From: Aliivibrio fischeri ES114
GTDB taxonomy: Bacteria > Pseudomonadota > Gammaproteobacteria > Enterobacterales > Vibrionaceae
Strand: one strand, 5' to 3'
Assembly: GCF_000011805.1 (NCBI RefSeq)
Contig: NC_006840.2
DNA: 32,000 nucleotides
Below are positions 16,168-27,250 of the stretch, in pieces (positions within the stretch are counted from its first letter, which is position 1; every line of letters starts with the position of its first letter). Made by a program: the position numbers and the translations under genes. Under the pieces are notes generated by a model that saw only the letters and a program-made list of their open reading frames with translations, was not told the origin of the DNA and made no database searches.

Positions 16168-17083
16168 TTAACCTTTAAATGTATTAATTGTTTTTGTATA
16201 CATTTCTTCTTCCATCTCAATCCCCACAAACTTTCTATTAAGTGCTAAGCACGCTTTTCCTGTTGAACCAGATCCCATAAATGCATCAAGTACCACTGCA
16301 CCTTCTCGACTACTACTTGCAATAATATGCTCGAGTAAATTTGCAGGTTTTTCACAAGGGTGTTTGCCTGGATAATATTGAACTGGTGCAAATGTCCATA
16401 CGTCGGTATAAGGTACTTCGGCTGTGACATGAAAAGGCCTTCTGAGGTTTTCATATTCCGCTTTTAGTTCATCGTATTCCTTGATCAGTTTTCCGTATTC
16501 ATTGTGCAATGCTTGGTACTCAGTTGTAAGGTCGGAGTGTGATTTGGGTAATTGACCACTTTTTGATGCGAACAAGGTTTGCAGTTGTTGGTATTGTTTC
16601 TCTGTGGGCAGTTTCCATTGACTCGATGAAAACCAGTGTGAGCACATTTGTGTGCCAGTGGCCTCATTGATTTCTTTTGCTGAGATATTGAGTGCGTCCT
16701 TCGTGTTTTTGAAATAATCCATCAGTGGTTTAAAGGTGGTTTTTTTTAGTTCATTGCATTTGGTTGCGTACTGGCTACATCCTTTCGCGTATCCTTCAGA
16801 GTCATAATGTCCCGCAAAGATAATACGTTCAGTCGCAGGAAAGAACGCCCGTAAGTGCGGTTTGTGCGCGCGTTTCCACACCCCTGAAGGTTTCGCCCAA
16901 AAAATGTGATTAAATACGTTAAATCGCGCACGAATAAGCAACTCAGTATCCGCTGTTAACTTTGAACCGCAAAATAGATATAAGTTGCCAGAAGGTTTTA
17001 GTACTCGCCAAAATTCAACAAGCACTTCATCAAGCCATGCCAGGAAGGTTTCTACATCTGGCCATTGATTATCCCAGGCGTGA
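16168..17083 (-). pseudogene. 5'-truncated site-specific DNA methyltransferase (N4/N6 type, target-recognition and SAM-binding part)
   Basis: Homologous frame extends upstream of the annotated M (…HAWDNQWPDVETFLAWLDE) to a stop; C-terminal 'KPANLLEHIIASSSREGAVVLDAFMGSGSTGKACLALNRKFVGIE' present, but no upstream DPPY motif. Confidence 0.75.
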
Positions 17084-17352
17084 TTTAAGCAGTGTTATAA
17101 AGAATTCTATCAAGTTTTAAAGAGTATTGATTTTGAATTCCCTAAAGGGCAGGCAGTGCATGTATTGAGGCATACGTTTGTAAGTCACTTTAATATAAAT
17201 GTAAGGAATATTTTGACTTTAAAGAAAATTTTGGGCCACGGATAGTATTGCAAACAATGGCATATGCTCATTTAGCGCCAGATTATTTAGCTAAGCAGTG
17301 GAATATACCTTATTGTCTACACTATGACCGAATAGGGGCAGCAGGTTTGTAA
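17084..17352 (+). pseudogene. C-terminal remnant of a phage-type tyrosine recombinase, frameshifted
   Basis: FKQCYKEFYQVLKSIDFEFPKGQAVHVLRHTFVSHFNINVRNILTLKKILGHG* (17084-17245) then, in another frame, QTMAYAHLAPDYLAKQWN (17251-17352): the H-x-L-R-H...LGH...Y core of P2-like integrases. Confidence 0.8.
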
Positions 17353-17476
17353 TAGTCGGTTATGTTTTCGGTTGATAATTGATTGGTTTAAGATGTAACA
17401 ATTTGATTTGTAAGGTAATAAAATAGGCTGAAATTCAGCCTTTTTTATTTTCTACATTGTACCAAAAAAGTCGCAG

Positions 17477-17722
17477 TTATTTAACCGTAAACTCTTTTGA
17501 TAAATGGTGCGCAAGGTATTTAAACATATTGAAAACAGCGGTTGTTTTTTCAGTAGGAAGACCTTGGTCTGATAAGAAGTATTCTCCTTTAAACACAAGA
17601 ACTTCATCTTTCTCTTCTACGCTAGTCGCACGCATACCTTCAAGGTAGTTTTCGTGATCTTGAATGATTTGATTGGCAATTAACAGTAAATCAGCCTCAG
17701 AAATGGATTTTTTATCGCTCAT
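17477..17722 (-). CDS. yciN: YciN family protein (DUF2498)
   Basis: 'LLLIANQIIQDHENYLEGMRATSVEEKDEVLVFKGEYFLSDQGLPTEKTTAVFNMFKYLAHHLS'; adjacent to topA as in enterics. Confidence 0.9.
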   Translation of the reverse strand: MSDKKSISEADLLLIANQIIQDHENYLEGMRATSVEEKDEVLVFKGEYFLSDQGLPTEKTTAVFNMFKYLAHHLSKEFTVK

Positions 17723-18156
17723 AAGTCACTCATTTTTTGCTATATAAAAGAGGGATTCTAAGCTCAAAAAATGAAAATCACAACGAATGTGGCATATCAA
17801 TTCAAAATAATAGCTTACTTGTATTCACTTTTTCTTACCAAAGTCATTGAAAGATAAGTAGAGTCACAAAAAGGCATTTTATTGTGAGCAGGTGCAAGAT
17901 ATTAAACTAAGCTTTTGAGCTTAAACTCAGTAAATGCTAATAGATGCGCACTGTTATGGATTTGCTAGTTGAATAATCACATTTGATTAACAACTGTCCA
18001 AAGCGCGACCATTCAGCACTGTTTGTAAAAAAAGTGGTTGACGTGATGCCATACACCCTCAATAGTAATATATAGATAAACATTAGATTTTAGTTGTGGA
18101 TTAAACGAAAATCGGCAGCTAAGTAAATTTCAACACGAGGACGTTAGTGAGACATT

Positions 18157-20787
18157 ATGGGTAAATCTCTAGTTATCGTGGAGTCACCAGCCAAAGCGAA
18201 AACCATCAATAAATACCTTGGCAAAGACTTCATCGTAAAATCCAGTGTAGGTCACGTACGTGATTTGCCTATGGGTTCGACAAGCACTGGTAAAAAGGCA
18301 GCAGCGTCGACCAAAGGGTTAAGTGTTGAAGAAAAAGCACGAATTAAAAAAGAAAGAGATAAAAAGAACCTAATTAATAAAATGGGTATTGACCCATACA
18401 ATGATTGGGCAGCTAACTACCAAATCCTTCCGGGTAAAGAAAAAGTAGTAGCAGAATTACAAAAATTAGCAGAAAGCGCAGATACCGTTTATCTCGCAAC
18501 CGATTTGGACCGTGAAGGGGAAGCTATTGCGTGGCACCTTCGCGAGATCATCGGTGGTGATGATTCACGCTTCAAACGTGTGGTTTTTAACGAAATCACG
18601 AAAAATGCGATTCAACAGGCATTCGAAACTCCAGGTGAACTAAGCATGCCTGGCGTAAATGCACAACAAGCTCGTCGTTTCTTAGACCGTGTTGTTGGCT
18701 TTATGGCATCTCCATTATTGTGGAAGAAAGTGGCTCGTGGTTTATCTGCTGGCCGTGTGCAATCGGTAGCAGTGAAAGTATTGGTAGAGCGTGAGCGTGA
18801 AATCAATGCTTTTATTCCCGAAGAGTTTTGGGATATTCACGCAGACACGTTAACAGCAGATAAAGAAAACTTCCGTCTGCAAGTAGCACAACGTAACGGT
18901 TCAGCATTTAAGCCGCTTAATCAAGCAGATACAGAAGCAGCTGTAAGCATTCTTCAAAATGCAGAATACGAAGTGTGTAAACGTGAAGATCGCCCAACGA
19001 AAAGTAAGCCATCTGCACCATTTATTACATCAACACTGCAACAGGCGGCAAGTACACGTCTAGGTTATGGTGTTAAAAAGACGATGATGTTAGCTCAGCG
19101 CCTCTATGAGGGCGGTTACATCACTTATATGCGTACTGACTCAACTAACTTAAGTAAAGAAGCTGTAGAGGCGTTACGTGAGTTTATTGGTTCTGAGTAT
19201 GGCGATAGCTATTTACCAGCAGCTCCTATTGTTTATGGTAGCAAAGAAGGTGCTCAAGAAGCCCACGAAGCGATTCGTCCTTCAAGCGTAGAAGTAAAAG
19301 CGGACGACCTACAAGGTATGGAAGCTGATGCGCATAAACTGTACAACTTAATTTGGAATCAATTCGTAGCATGTCAAATGACACCTGCGCAATATGATTC
19401 AACAACATTGAGCGTAAAAGCAGACGAATTCACACTAAAAGCTAAAGGACGTATCCTGAAGTTTGATGGTTGGACGCGTGTACAGCGCCCAATGGGTAAA
19501 AATGAAGATCAACTGCTTCCTGCTGTGCAACTTGGCGATAAGCTAAAGTTAGAAAAACTGGATCCTAAGCAGCACTTTACTAAGCCACCAGCTCGTTTCA
19601 CAGAAGCGGCATTAGTTAAAGAACTAGAGAAAAAAGGCATTGGTCGTCCATCGACTTACGCATCAATTATTTCAACGATTCAAGATCGTGGTTATGTTCG
19701 CATTGATAACCGTCGTTTCTACGCTGAAAAAATGGGTGAAATCGTAACTGATCGTCTAAATCAATCATTTGATGATTTAATGGATTACGACTTTACAGCT
19801 CGCATGGAAGGCAATCTAGATAGAATTGCAGAAGGCGAAAAAGATTGGAAAGATGTGCTTAATACATTCTTCCAAGATTTTACTGCAGACATTGCAAAAG
19901 CAGAGCTGGATGAATCTGAAGGCGGTATGTCTCCAAATAACATCGTTGAGACAGATATTAAATGTCCAACATGTGGTCGCAATATGGGTATCCGTACTGC
20001 ATCTACAGGTGTTTTCCTTGGTTGTTCAGGTTATGCATTGCCACCAAAAGAGCGTTGTAAAACAACCATTAACTTAGGTAGTGAAGAGGGCATTGTAAAT
20101 GTTCTTGAAGAAGACGTAGAAACAGCTGCATTACGTGCGAAGAAACGTTGTCCTAAGTGTGAAACGGCGATGGATCCTTATCTAATTGACCAAGAGCGTA
20201 AGATTCACGTTTGTGGTAATAACCCGAACTGTGAAGGTTATGTGGTTGAAAAGGGTGAATTCCAACTTAAAGGATACGATGGTCCTGTTGTTGAATGTGA
20301 CAAGTGTGGTTCTGATATGGAACTGAAAAACGGTCGCTTTGGCAAATACATGGACTGTACGAGTGAAACATGTAAAAACACTCGTAAGATCTTAAAGAAT
20401 GGTGAAGTTGCTCCACCAAAAGAAGATCCTGTACATCTACCAGAATTAGTATGTGAAAAATCAGATGCTTATTTTGTATTGCGTGATGGTGCGTCAGGTC
20501 TATTCTTAGCTGCGAGCACTTTCCCTAAATCACGTGAAACACGTGCACCATTAGTGGAAGAGTTAGTTCGATTTAAGGATCGTTTGTCGCCTAAGTTCTT
20601 ATACTTAACAGAAGCGCCAACACATGACCCTGATGGTAAACCTGCGGTAGTTCGTTTTAGTCGTAAAACAAAAGAGAACTATGTTCGTTCAGAAGTGGAT
20701 GGCAAGCCAACAGGTTGGACTGGTTTATATATTGATGGAAAGTGGGCTATTACCGATAAGCGTAAGAAGCCAAAAGCTGAAAAATAA
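18157..20787 (+). CDS. topA: DNA topoisomerase I
   Basis: 876 aa; '[22 protein letters not shown]', '[15 protein letters not shown]' (read as [15 protein letters not shown]), C-terminal Cys4 zinc motifs. Confidence 0.98.
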   Translation: MGKSLVIVESPAKAKTINKYLGKDFIVKSSVGHVRDLPMGSTSTGKKAAASTKGLSVEEKARIKKERDKKNLINKMGIDPYNDWAANYQILPGKEKVVAELQKLAESADTVYLATDLDREGEAIAWHLREIIGGDDSRFKRVVFNEITKNAIQQAFETPGELSMPGVNAQQARRFLDRVVGFMASPLLWKKVARGLSAGRVQSVAVKVLVEREREINAFIPEEFWDIHADTLTADKENFRLQVAQRNGSAFKPLNQADTEAAVSILQNAEYEVCKREDRPTKSKPSAPFITSTLQQAASTRLGYGVKKTMMLAQRLYEGGYITYMRTDSTNLSKEAVEALREFIGSEYGDSYLPAAPIVYGSKEGAQEAHEAIRPSSVEVKADDLQGMEADAHKLYNLIWNQFVACQMTPAQYDSTTLSVKADEFTLKAKGRILKFDGWTRVQRPMGKNEDQLLPAVQLGDKLKLEKLDPKQHFTKPPARFTEAALVKELEKKGIGRPSTYASIISTIQDRGYVRIDNRRFYAEKMGEIVTDRLNQSFDDLMDYDFTARMEGNLDRIAEGEKDWKDVLNTFFQDFTADIAKAELDESEGGMSPNNIVETDIKCPTCGRNMGIRTASTGVFLGCSGYALPPKERCKTTINLGSEEGIVNVLEEDVETAALRAKKRCPKCETAMDPYLIDQERKIHVCGNNPNCEGYVVEKGEFQLKGYDGPVVECDKCGSDMELKNGRFGKYMDCTSETCKNTRKILKNGEVAPPKEDPVHLPELVCEKSDAYFVLRDGASGLFLAASTFPKSRETRAPLVEELVRFKDRLSPKFLYLTEAPTHDPDGKPAVVRFSRKTKENYVRSEVDGKPTGWTGLYIDGKWAITDKRKKPKAEK

Positions 20788-20808
20788 TCAATAATAAGAT
20801 ATCAAATG

Positions 20809-20838
20809 AAAGAGCTGCAGAAATGCGGCTCTTTTTTT
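20809..20838. terminator. Rho-independent terminator after topA
   Basis: AAAGAGCTGC..GCGGCTCTTTTTTT. Confidence 0.7.
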
Positions 20839-20976
20839 ACGTAATATTTGTCACAAATAGTCATATTTTTAATTATTTCAAAATAATCTTTGATCTAACA
20901 CGTTATACCGAATAGCAGTAAAAGTAGATAATCGATGGAATTCAACATTTATTGTTCTATGGAAGTCGGAAACGTT

Positions 20977-22395
20977 ATGCGTCAATACATGAAGTATTTA
21001 ATCCCAACAATTATTCCTCTCATCATTTTATTGATGCCATTGTCAGCCTTTCCATTTGAAGGCATGACCATAATCCAACAGCGTGTTATTGCTATATTTT
21101 TATTAGCAGCGCTATGTTGGGTATTTGAACCGATTCCAATTTATGCCACTTCGGTTGTGATCATCGTTTTAGAATTATTAATGGTATCAAATAAAGGTTT
21201 TTTCTTATTTAAGATGAACCAAGATTCACCTCAATTTGGTGAGTTGTTGAATTACAGCGACATCATGGCGACGTTTGCAAGCCCAATCATTATGCTGTTT
21301 TTAGGTGGTTTCTTTCTCGCAATGGCGGCAACGAAATACCGTTTAGACGTTAACTTAGCACGTGTATTACTAAAGCCGTTTGGCAGTGATCCTAAATTCG
21401 TAATGTTAGGCTTAATGCTGATCACTGGTATTTTCTCAATGTTCATGTCAAATACGGCGACAACGGCGATGATGCTATCTATCTTAACACCTGTTATTGC
21501 TGTATTTGGTCCTAAAGATCCAGGTCGTGTTGCTTTTGCCTTGTGTATTCCTATTGCAGCGAACATTGGTGGTATTGGTACACCAATTGGTACTCCTCCT
21601 AATGCAATCGCACTTAAATATTTAGTAGGTGATAATTTAATTACGTTTGGTGAATGGATGGTCTTTGGTGTGCCATTTGTTATTGTGATGATGGCGTTAG
21701 CATGGTTTTTAATTAACTATTTGTATCCTGCTAAACAAACATCCATGAACTTAAATATTAAAGGCAAATTCTTAAAAACGCCGAAAGCCATTACGGTTTA
21801 TATCACGTTTGCAGGGACGATTTTGTTATGGTTGATGGGATCAAGCCATGGCATGAATTCGTATACAGTTGCTTTAATTCCTGTAGCCATATTTTCTATT
21901 ACAGGGATCATAAACAAAGAAGATCTTAAGAAGATCTCATGGGATGTGTTATGGCTAGTTTCTGGTGGTATCGCTCTAGGCCTTGCATTAGATAAAACGG
22001 GGTTAGCGAAACTGGTTGTTCATAGTATTCCTTTTGACTCTTATTCTCCTTATGTTGTGCTATTTGGTGCTGCGTTCTTGTGTTTATTAATGGCAAACTT
22101 TATGTCGCACACTGCAACAGCAAACTTATTAATGCCAATTATGGCAGCTCTTGGTACTTCAATGAGCTCGTTAACTCCGCTCGGTGGCGAACTTACGCTA
22201 ATCTTAATTGTGACTTTTGCTGCATCTTTAGGTATGTCTTTGCCTATCAGTACGCCACCTAATGCGTTAGCACACGCAACAGGAAATGTAGAAAGCAGCC
22301 AAATGGCGAAAACCGGTGTTATTTTAGGGATTGTCGGGGTTTTATTAAGTTTTGTTATGGTGTGGGTTCTTCATTCAGTAGGTCATATTGGATAG
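20977..22395 (+). CDS. DASS/SLC13-family anion:sodium symporter
   Basis: Polytopic; 'PIPIYATSVVIIVLELL', 'NTATTAMMLSILTPV', 'GIGTPIGTPPNAIALKYL', 'LPISTPPNALAHATG'. Start among 20935/20977/20989 uncertain. Confidence 0.85.
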   Translation: MRQYMKYLIPTIIPLIILLMPLSAFPFEGMTIIQQRVIAIFLLAALCWVFEPIPIYATSVVIIVLELLMVSNKGFFLFKMNQDSPQFGELLNYSDIMATFASPIIMLFLGGFFLAMAATKYRLDVNLARVLLKPFGSDPKFVMLGLMLITGIFSMFMSNTATTAMMLSILTPVIAVFGPKDPGRVAFALCIPIAANIGGIGTPIGTPPNAIALKYLVGDNLITFGEWMVFGVPFVIVMMALAWFLINYLYPAKQTSMNLNIKGKFLKTPKAITVYITFAGTILLWLMGSSHGMNSYTVALIPVAIFSITGIINKEDLKKISWDVLWLVSGGIALGLALDKTGLAKLVVHSIPFDSYSPYVVLFGAAFLCLLMANFMSHTATANLLMPIMAALGTSMSSLTPLGGELTLILIVTFAASLGMSLPISTPPNALAHATGNVESSQMAKTGVILGIVGVLLSFVMVWVLHSVGHIG

Positions 22396-22398
22396 TTT

Positions 22399-23739
22399 AT
22401 GAATCAAGAAAAATTACAGCGATTAATTGGAGCGTATTTTTCTCAACCTGAGCGTCGGGTGACGCTTCCTGCAGGTGAAACACTACTTGAGCAAGGAGAA
22501 GATAACGATCGTTTGTATTATGTCTGCTCTGGTGAACTTGAAGGGTTTTATCAAGAAGAAAATAGCGAAGCGCAAGTCAAAGTGTTCAGTGCAGGAGAAG
22601 GGGCATTTATTGGCGTTCACAGCTTTTTCTCTGAAACCTTAATTGCGTCGTCGACGGTTATTACTAAAACAGAAACTGAATTAGGGTGGATTGACTCTAA
22701 AACAACGGCCATTGATTTGGATAGATATGGTCCTTTGACGGCGCAATTTACTCCAATTATTGTTAATGAGCTTTCACGTCGTCAGCGACGAGCAATGCAT
22801 GAATCTATAGAAAAAGAGAAAGCGTTACAAAAGTTATATACCGCAGAGCAAATGACAACGTTAGGGCAACTTGCCGCAGGTATTGCTCATGAGTTGAATA
22901 ATGCTGTTGGAGTATTGAGTAGTAAAACCGAAAGACTTCAAAGTATTATTTTAGAGCTACTCGAAGAGATTCATCCCGAAGCGAGCAGTTTTGTTGACCA
23001 AGGTTTAATGTTTGGACAAAACATCAGTTCAGCGGAGGTGAGAAAGCGTGGACGTGAGTTGGAAGTGACTTATGGTATAGAAAGAGATACTGCAAGAGAA
23101 CTCGCTCGTGCGGTTCCTGAAGGAGAACTTTCAAAGTATTGGTTAAAAAGCCCAGAGCAAGCAGTGCGGTATTGGAATATAGGACGAGATCTTCACGATA
23201 TGCGTCTTGCTGCAAGGCACTCGGTTGGGATTGTTCGTTCCGTTAAGCAACTAGGACGCACTGATATTGATACCGATGAAGTCTTAGACGTTAACGACAG
23301 CATAAATAAAGCCCTTGTGTTATTGCAAAGTGATTTACGACGAGTGTCGGTTCATTTAAGTCCTGCAGCAATGCCTATGGTAAGAGCATCGGCGACTGAG
23401 CTCGTCCAAATTTGGGCAAACATAATTAAGAATGCCAGTGATGCCATGAAGCATACACAGGAGCCGGAAATTGAAATATCAACTCGGGTATCGAATCGAT
23501 TTGTTTTGGTTACGATTGCTAATAATGGCCCTGAGATTGATGAAGCGACAAGAAGAAAAATTTTCAGACCAAACTTTACCACTAAAAAAGGTGGGCTTTC
23601 GTTTGGCTTAGGGCTTGGTTTAGCTATAGTTAAACGAATTATCAGTGGATATGGTGGTTCGATAGCGGTGAAAAGTAACCAAGAGAAAACCATTTTTAGA
23701 ATTAAACTACCTGTCGAGGACAGTCATGGAAAAACTTAA
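22399..23739 (+). CDS. Sensor histidine kinase with N-terminal cyclic-nucleotide-binding-like domain
   Basis: 'LPAGETLLEQGEDNDRLYYVCSGELEGFYQEE' cNMP-like fold; H-box 'GQLAAGIAHELNNAVGVL'; 'FGLGLGLAIVKRI'. Confidence 0.85.
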   Translation: MNQEKLQRLIGAYFSQPERRVTLPAGETLLEQGEDNDRLYYVCSGELEGFYQEENSEAQVKVFSAGEGAFIGVHSFFSETLIASSTVITKTETELGWIDSKTTAIDLDRYGPLTAQFTPIIVNELSRRQRRAMHESIEKEKALQKLYTAEQMTTLGQLAAGIAHELNNAVGVLSSKTERLQSIILELLEEIHPEASSFVDQGLMFGQNISSAEVRKRGRELEVTYGIERDTARELARAVPEGELSKYWLKSPEQAVRYWNIGRDLHDMRLAARHSVGIVRSVKQLGRTDIDTDEVLDVNDSINKALVLLQSDLRRVSVHLSPAAMPMVRASATELVQIWANIIKNASDAMKHTQEPEIEISTRVSNRFVLVTIANNGPEIDEATRRKIFRPNFTTKKGGLSFGLGLGLAIVKRIISGYGGSIAVKSNQEKTIFRIKLPVEDSHGKT

Positions 23740-24199
23740 TCTGATTTGTGTGGACGACCAAAGAGAAGTTCTGAGTGCCGTTTTACAAGATTTGGCACCA
23801 CTTAAAACTTGGGTGAATATTGAAGAGTGCGAGTCTGCGGATGAAGCATTAGATCTATTGGATGAATTAGATAGTGAAGGCGGCTACATCGCTCTTGTGA
23901 TTTCTGACCATATTATGCCGGGTAAAAATGGTGTTGAGTTATTAACGGATGTATCTCATGACTATCGTTTTTTGAGAACCAAAAAAGTACTATTAACTGG
24001 GCAAGCGACTCATCAAGATACTATTACTGCGATTAATCGAGCACGTATTGAAAGTTATATTGAAAAACCGTGGAATGCGAGTGAATTGTTGGCACTAGCT
24101 ACAAGACTTATCACTGAATACATTTTTGATAAAGGGTTGGAATATACGGATTATCAAGAACATTTAGATCAACAAGTCGTGCTAGATAGATTACGATAG
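23726..24199 (+). CDS. Response regulator (REC domain), overlapping the kinase gene
   Basis: 'LICVDDQREVLSAVLQDL', 'VALVISDHIMPGKNGVELL', 'VLLTGQA'. Confidence 0.85.
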   Translation: MEKLNLICVDDQREVLSAVLQDLAPLKTWVNIEECESADEALDLLDELDSEGGYIALVISDHIMPGKNGVELLTDVSHDYRFLRTKKVLLTGQATHQDTITAINRARIESYIEKPWNASELLALATRLITEYIFDKGLEYTDYQEHLDQQVVLDRLR

Positions 24200-24249
24200 G
24201 TAAGTAAGTTAAGCATCTCACTACAGTGAGTAGGAGATGCTTAAGTCAG

Positions 24250-25245
24250 TTAATTGGTAATGAGTTCATTACCCGATGCTTCGCCTTTTAAGAAAGCATC
24301 AATATTTCCTAGTGTTGTTGACGCAATATTGTCTAGCGCTTCTTCAGTTAGAAATGCTTGATGCCCTGTGAACAGTACGTTGTGGCAAGCAGATAAGCGA
24401 CGGAAAACATCATCTTTAATAATGTCATTTGATTTGTCTTGGAAGAAAAGCTCTTTTTCGTGATCGTAAACATCTAAACCAAGTGAGCCAATTTTCCCAG
24501 CTTTTAATGCCTCAATTGCACTAGCTGAATTAAGCAATCCACCACGGCTTGTGTTAATGATCATTACTCCATCTTTCATTTTAGAAAATGAATCTGTATC
24601 TAGAAGATGGGTATTCTCAGGTGTTAATGGACAGTGCAGAGTGATCACATCTGATTGAGAAAATATTTCGTCAAGAGTTGTGTATTTCACTCCCATATCA
24701 ATGGCGACTTGGCTTGGGTATGGGTCAAAGCACAATATATTCATTCCCAATCCTTTTAGAATACGCATGGTTGCTAGACCAATTTTACCTGAGCCAATCA
24801 CCCCAACGGTTTTACCGAAAAAGTTAAATCCAGTAAGGCCTTCTAGAGAGAAGTTAGCATCACGAGTACGTTGATACGCTTTGTGGAAGCGACGGTTTAA
24901 ACACATCATCATACCAACGGCATGCTCGGCAATAGCCTCTGGTGAATAAGCAGGAACACGAACTACTTGCATTCCTAATTTCTTAGCAGCCTCAAGATCA
25001 ACACGATCAAAACCAGCACATCGCATAGCGATAAGTTTTGTTCCTTGCTTGGCTAGTATTTCTAGCACTGGTGCTGACAAGTCGTCATTTACAAATGCAC
25101 AGACAACATCAGCCCCATTGGCAATAGGAGCCGTGCTTTCAGTTAACTGAAAATTGAAAAACTGACATTCAAACTGATAGTTTTGATTGATACTATTGAA
25201 AGATGTTTCATCATAAGATTTGGTGCTGAACATTGCGATTTTCAT
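24250..25245 (-). CDS. ldhA: Fermentative D-lactate dehydrogenase
   Basis: D-2-hydroxyacid dehydrogenase features 'GKTVGVIGSGKIG', 'PLTPENTHLLD', 'FLTEEALDNIASTTLGNI'. Confidence 0.9.
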   Translation of the reverse strand: MKIAMFSTKSYDETSFNSINQNYQFECQFFNFQLTESTAPIANGADVVCAFVNDDLSAPVLEILAKQGTKLIAMRCAGFDRVDLEAAKKLGMQVVRVPAYSPEAIAEHAVGMMMCLNRRFHKAYQRTRDANFSLEGLTGFNFFGKTVGVIGSGKIGLATMRILKGLGMNILCFDPYPSQVAIDMGVKYTTLDEIFSQSDVITLHCPLTPENTHLLDTDSFSKMKDGVMIINTSRGGLLNSASAIEALKAGKIGSLGLDVYDHEKELFFQDKSNDIIKDDVFRRLSACHNVLFTGHQAFLTEEALDNIASTTLGNIDAFLKGEASGNELITN

Positions 25246-25493
25246 ATAATATCCTTACAAATAAACAGGTTATATTTAATTTCACTGTTTCCACTCTACC
25301 ATTTAGTCTTAAGAATTCTCAAGACAGAATGGGATAAAAAAGGTTTTTAATTAAACTTAATATAAAGATACGTATAAACGCTATAATTTGTTCAGTACTG
25401 GTTTTTTATGAGAGTTTAGCGATTGCGTTCTAGTAATTGATAATGTTTATCATTTAGAATCAATGGAAAGATAATGCTTAAGAGGTTGATATT

Positions 25494-27203
25494 ATGATGC
25501 AAAAAGTAACAGAGTGGCTTATGCGAGATCCTGATCCTAAAACTCGTGAAGAGCTTCAGTGTTTGGTTGATAGTCATAATACACAAGAACTAGAAGAGCG
25601 TTTTCATTCACGTTTACAATTTGGTACGGCTGGTTTACGAGGTAAAGTCGGCGCAGGGCCAAATAGAATGAATCGTTTAGTGATTCAAGAAACCGCTACT
25701 GGGTTGGGACATTACCTTATTGACCAAGTGAAAGATGCTAAGCAACGTGGTGTGGTTGTTGGTTACGATGGAAGAAATGATTCAAAGCAGTTTGCACATG
25801 ATACCGCGAGTGTTTTAACAGCGCTTGGTATCAAGGTATTTTTAACATCAAAAGTAGCAGCAACACCGATCGTTGCTTTTGGTATTAAACATTTCAATGC
25901 GGCTGGTGCTGTGGTTGTTACAGCAAGTCATAACCCACCAGAATACAATGGCTTTAAAGTGTACTGGGAAAATGGGGCGCAGATTATTCCACCACATGAT
26001 TCTGGTATTGCGCAAACTATCGATATTGCAGCAACAAAATCGATTGTAATGATGCCGTTAGATGAAGCCGAAGAAAAAGGGCTACTAGTTTGGTTAGAAG
26101 ATGATTACTACCAAACTTATCGAAATACAATGAACAGCAATAAATTGCTTTCTAATCATACTGATCCATCAAGTATAACTATTGCTTATACCGCGATGCA
26201 TGGCGTGGGTGCTGATATGGCCGAAACGCTATTACGTGATGCAGGCTTTAACCATGTATTTAGTGTGGCAGAGCAAAGAGAGCCTGATGGTAATTTTCCA
26301 ACAGTAAACTTCCCCAATCCTGAAGAGGCTGGCGCAATGGACATGGTGGAAGCATTAGCCGCTTCTGCTAATGCTGATATTGCTTGTGCCAATGACCCTG
26401 ATGCAGACCGATTTGCACTTGCTGCAAGAAAACCTGATGGTGGATATAAAATGCTAACTGGTGACCAAGTAGGTACTTTATTTGGACATTATTTACTAAC
26501 GCATACAGAAGCAAGCGGGAAACTGGTTGGTAATACGATTGTGTCATCAACGTTACTTAAAAAAATTGCAGAATCGATGGGAGCTGAATACTTCCAAACA
26601 TTAACGGGTTTTAAATGGTTAACGAATGTTGCTATGCAAAAAGAGACGAAGGAAAAACAATTTTTATTCGCTTACGAAGAAGCGCTTGGTTATACCATTG
26701 GGAGTCAAGTTTGGGATAAAGATGGTTTATCTGCTTTAGTTGCCTTTGCACAATTAACGGCGGAATTGGCGACGCAAGGTAAGTGTGTATGGGATCAATT
26801 AGAAAGCATTTATCGTCAGCACGGAATTCATATTAATGCACAACGCAGTATTGCTCTTAACCCTGATTCTCCAGCAATAGGTGAACACTTGCGTGCAAAT
26901 CCACCAACACACATTGCAGGTGTGAAGATAGATGTTGTCGAAGATTTAAAAGCATCGTTACGTTATTTACCTGATGGAGCAACAGAATCGATCGATTTAC
27001 CCGCGAGTGATGTACTTATTTATCATCTTGAGAATGGGGCTCGAATTATTGTGCGTCCATCAGGAACAGAGCCTAAGTTGAAGTGTTATTACGAAGTAGT
27101 GGCAGATATCTCTGAAGGTGAAGATTATTTTGACAAACAAGTGCAAGCTCAAGCCGCGATGGATAATCTTATCGCTGAGCATCAAAAAAGCTTAACATTT
27201 TAA
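25494..27203 (+). CDS. Phosphoglucomutase/phosphomannomutase family protein
   Basis: 'RLQFGTAGLRGKVGAGPNRMN', 'VVVTASHNPPEYNGFKVYW', 'ANDPDADRFALA', 'IVRPSGTEPKLKCY'. Confidence 0.95.
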   Translation: MMQKVTEWLMRDPDPKTREELQCLVDSHNTQELEERFHSRLQFGTAGLRGKVGAGPNRMNRLVIQETATGLGHYLIDQVKDAKQRGVVVGYDGRNDSKQFAHDTASVLTALGIKVFLTSKVAATPIVAFGIKHFNAAGAVVVTASHNPPEYNGFKVYWENGAQIIPPHDSGIAQTIDIAATKSIVMMPLDEAEEKGLLVWLEDDYYQTYRNTMNSNKLLSNHTDPSSITIAYTAMHGVGADMAETLLRDAGFNHVFSVAEQREPDGNFPTVNFPNPEEAGAMDMVEALAASANADIACANDPDADRFALAARKPDGGYKMLTGDQVGTLFGHYLLTHTEASGKLVGNTIVSSTLLKKIAESMGAEYFQTLTGFKWLTNVAMQKETKEKQFLFAYEEALGYTIGSQVWDKDGLSALVAFAQLTAELATQGKCVWDQLESIYRQHGIHINAQRSIALNPDSPAIGEHLRANPPTHIAGVKIDVVEDLKASLRYLPDGATESIDLPASDVLIYHLENGARIIVRPSGTEPKLKCYYEVVADISEGEDYFDKQVQAQAAMDNLIAEHQKSLTF

Positions 27204-27216
27204 CGTGAGATGAAAT

Positions 27217-27250
27217 AAAAACGGCGAGGATAGAACCTCGCCGTTTTTTT
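27217..27250. terminator. Rho-independent terminator between convergent genes
   Basis: AAAACGGCGAGG..CCTCGCCGTTTTTTT. Confidence 0.85.

Noticed and set aside
17084-17352. Integrase fragment considered as a remnant integron integrase (intI)
   Set aside because: The sequence HVLRHTFVSHF...LKKILGHG...YAHLAPDYL matches the P2-like phage integrase style, and the recovered C-terminal piece gives no support for IntI-specific features.
18612-20077. Small ORFs overlapping topA (18612-18806, 19226-19408, 19785-19982, 19826-20077)
   Set aside because: Overlap a full-length, highly conserved CDS; no independent support.
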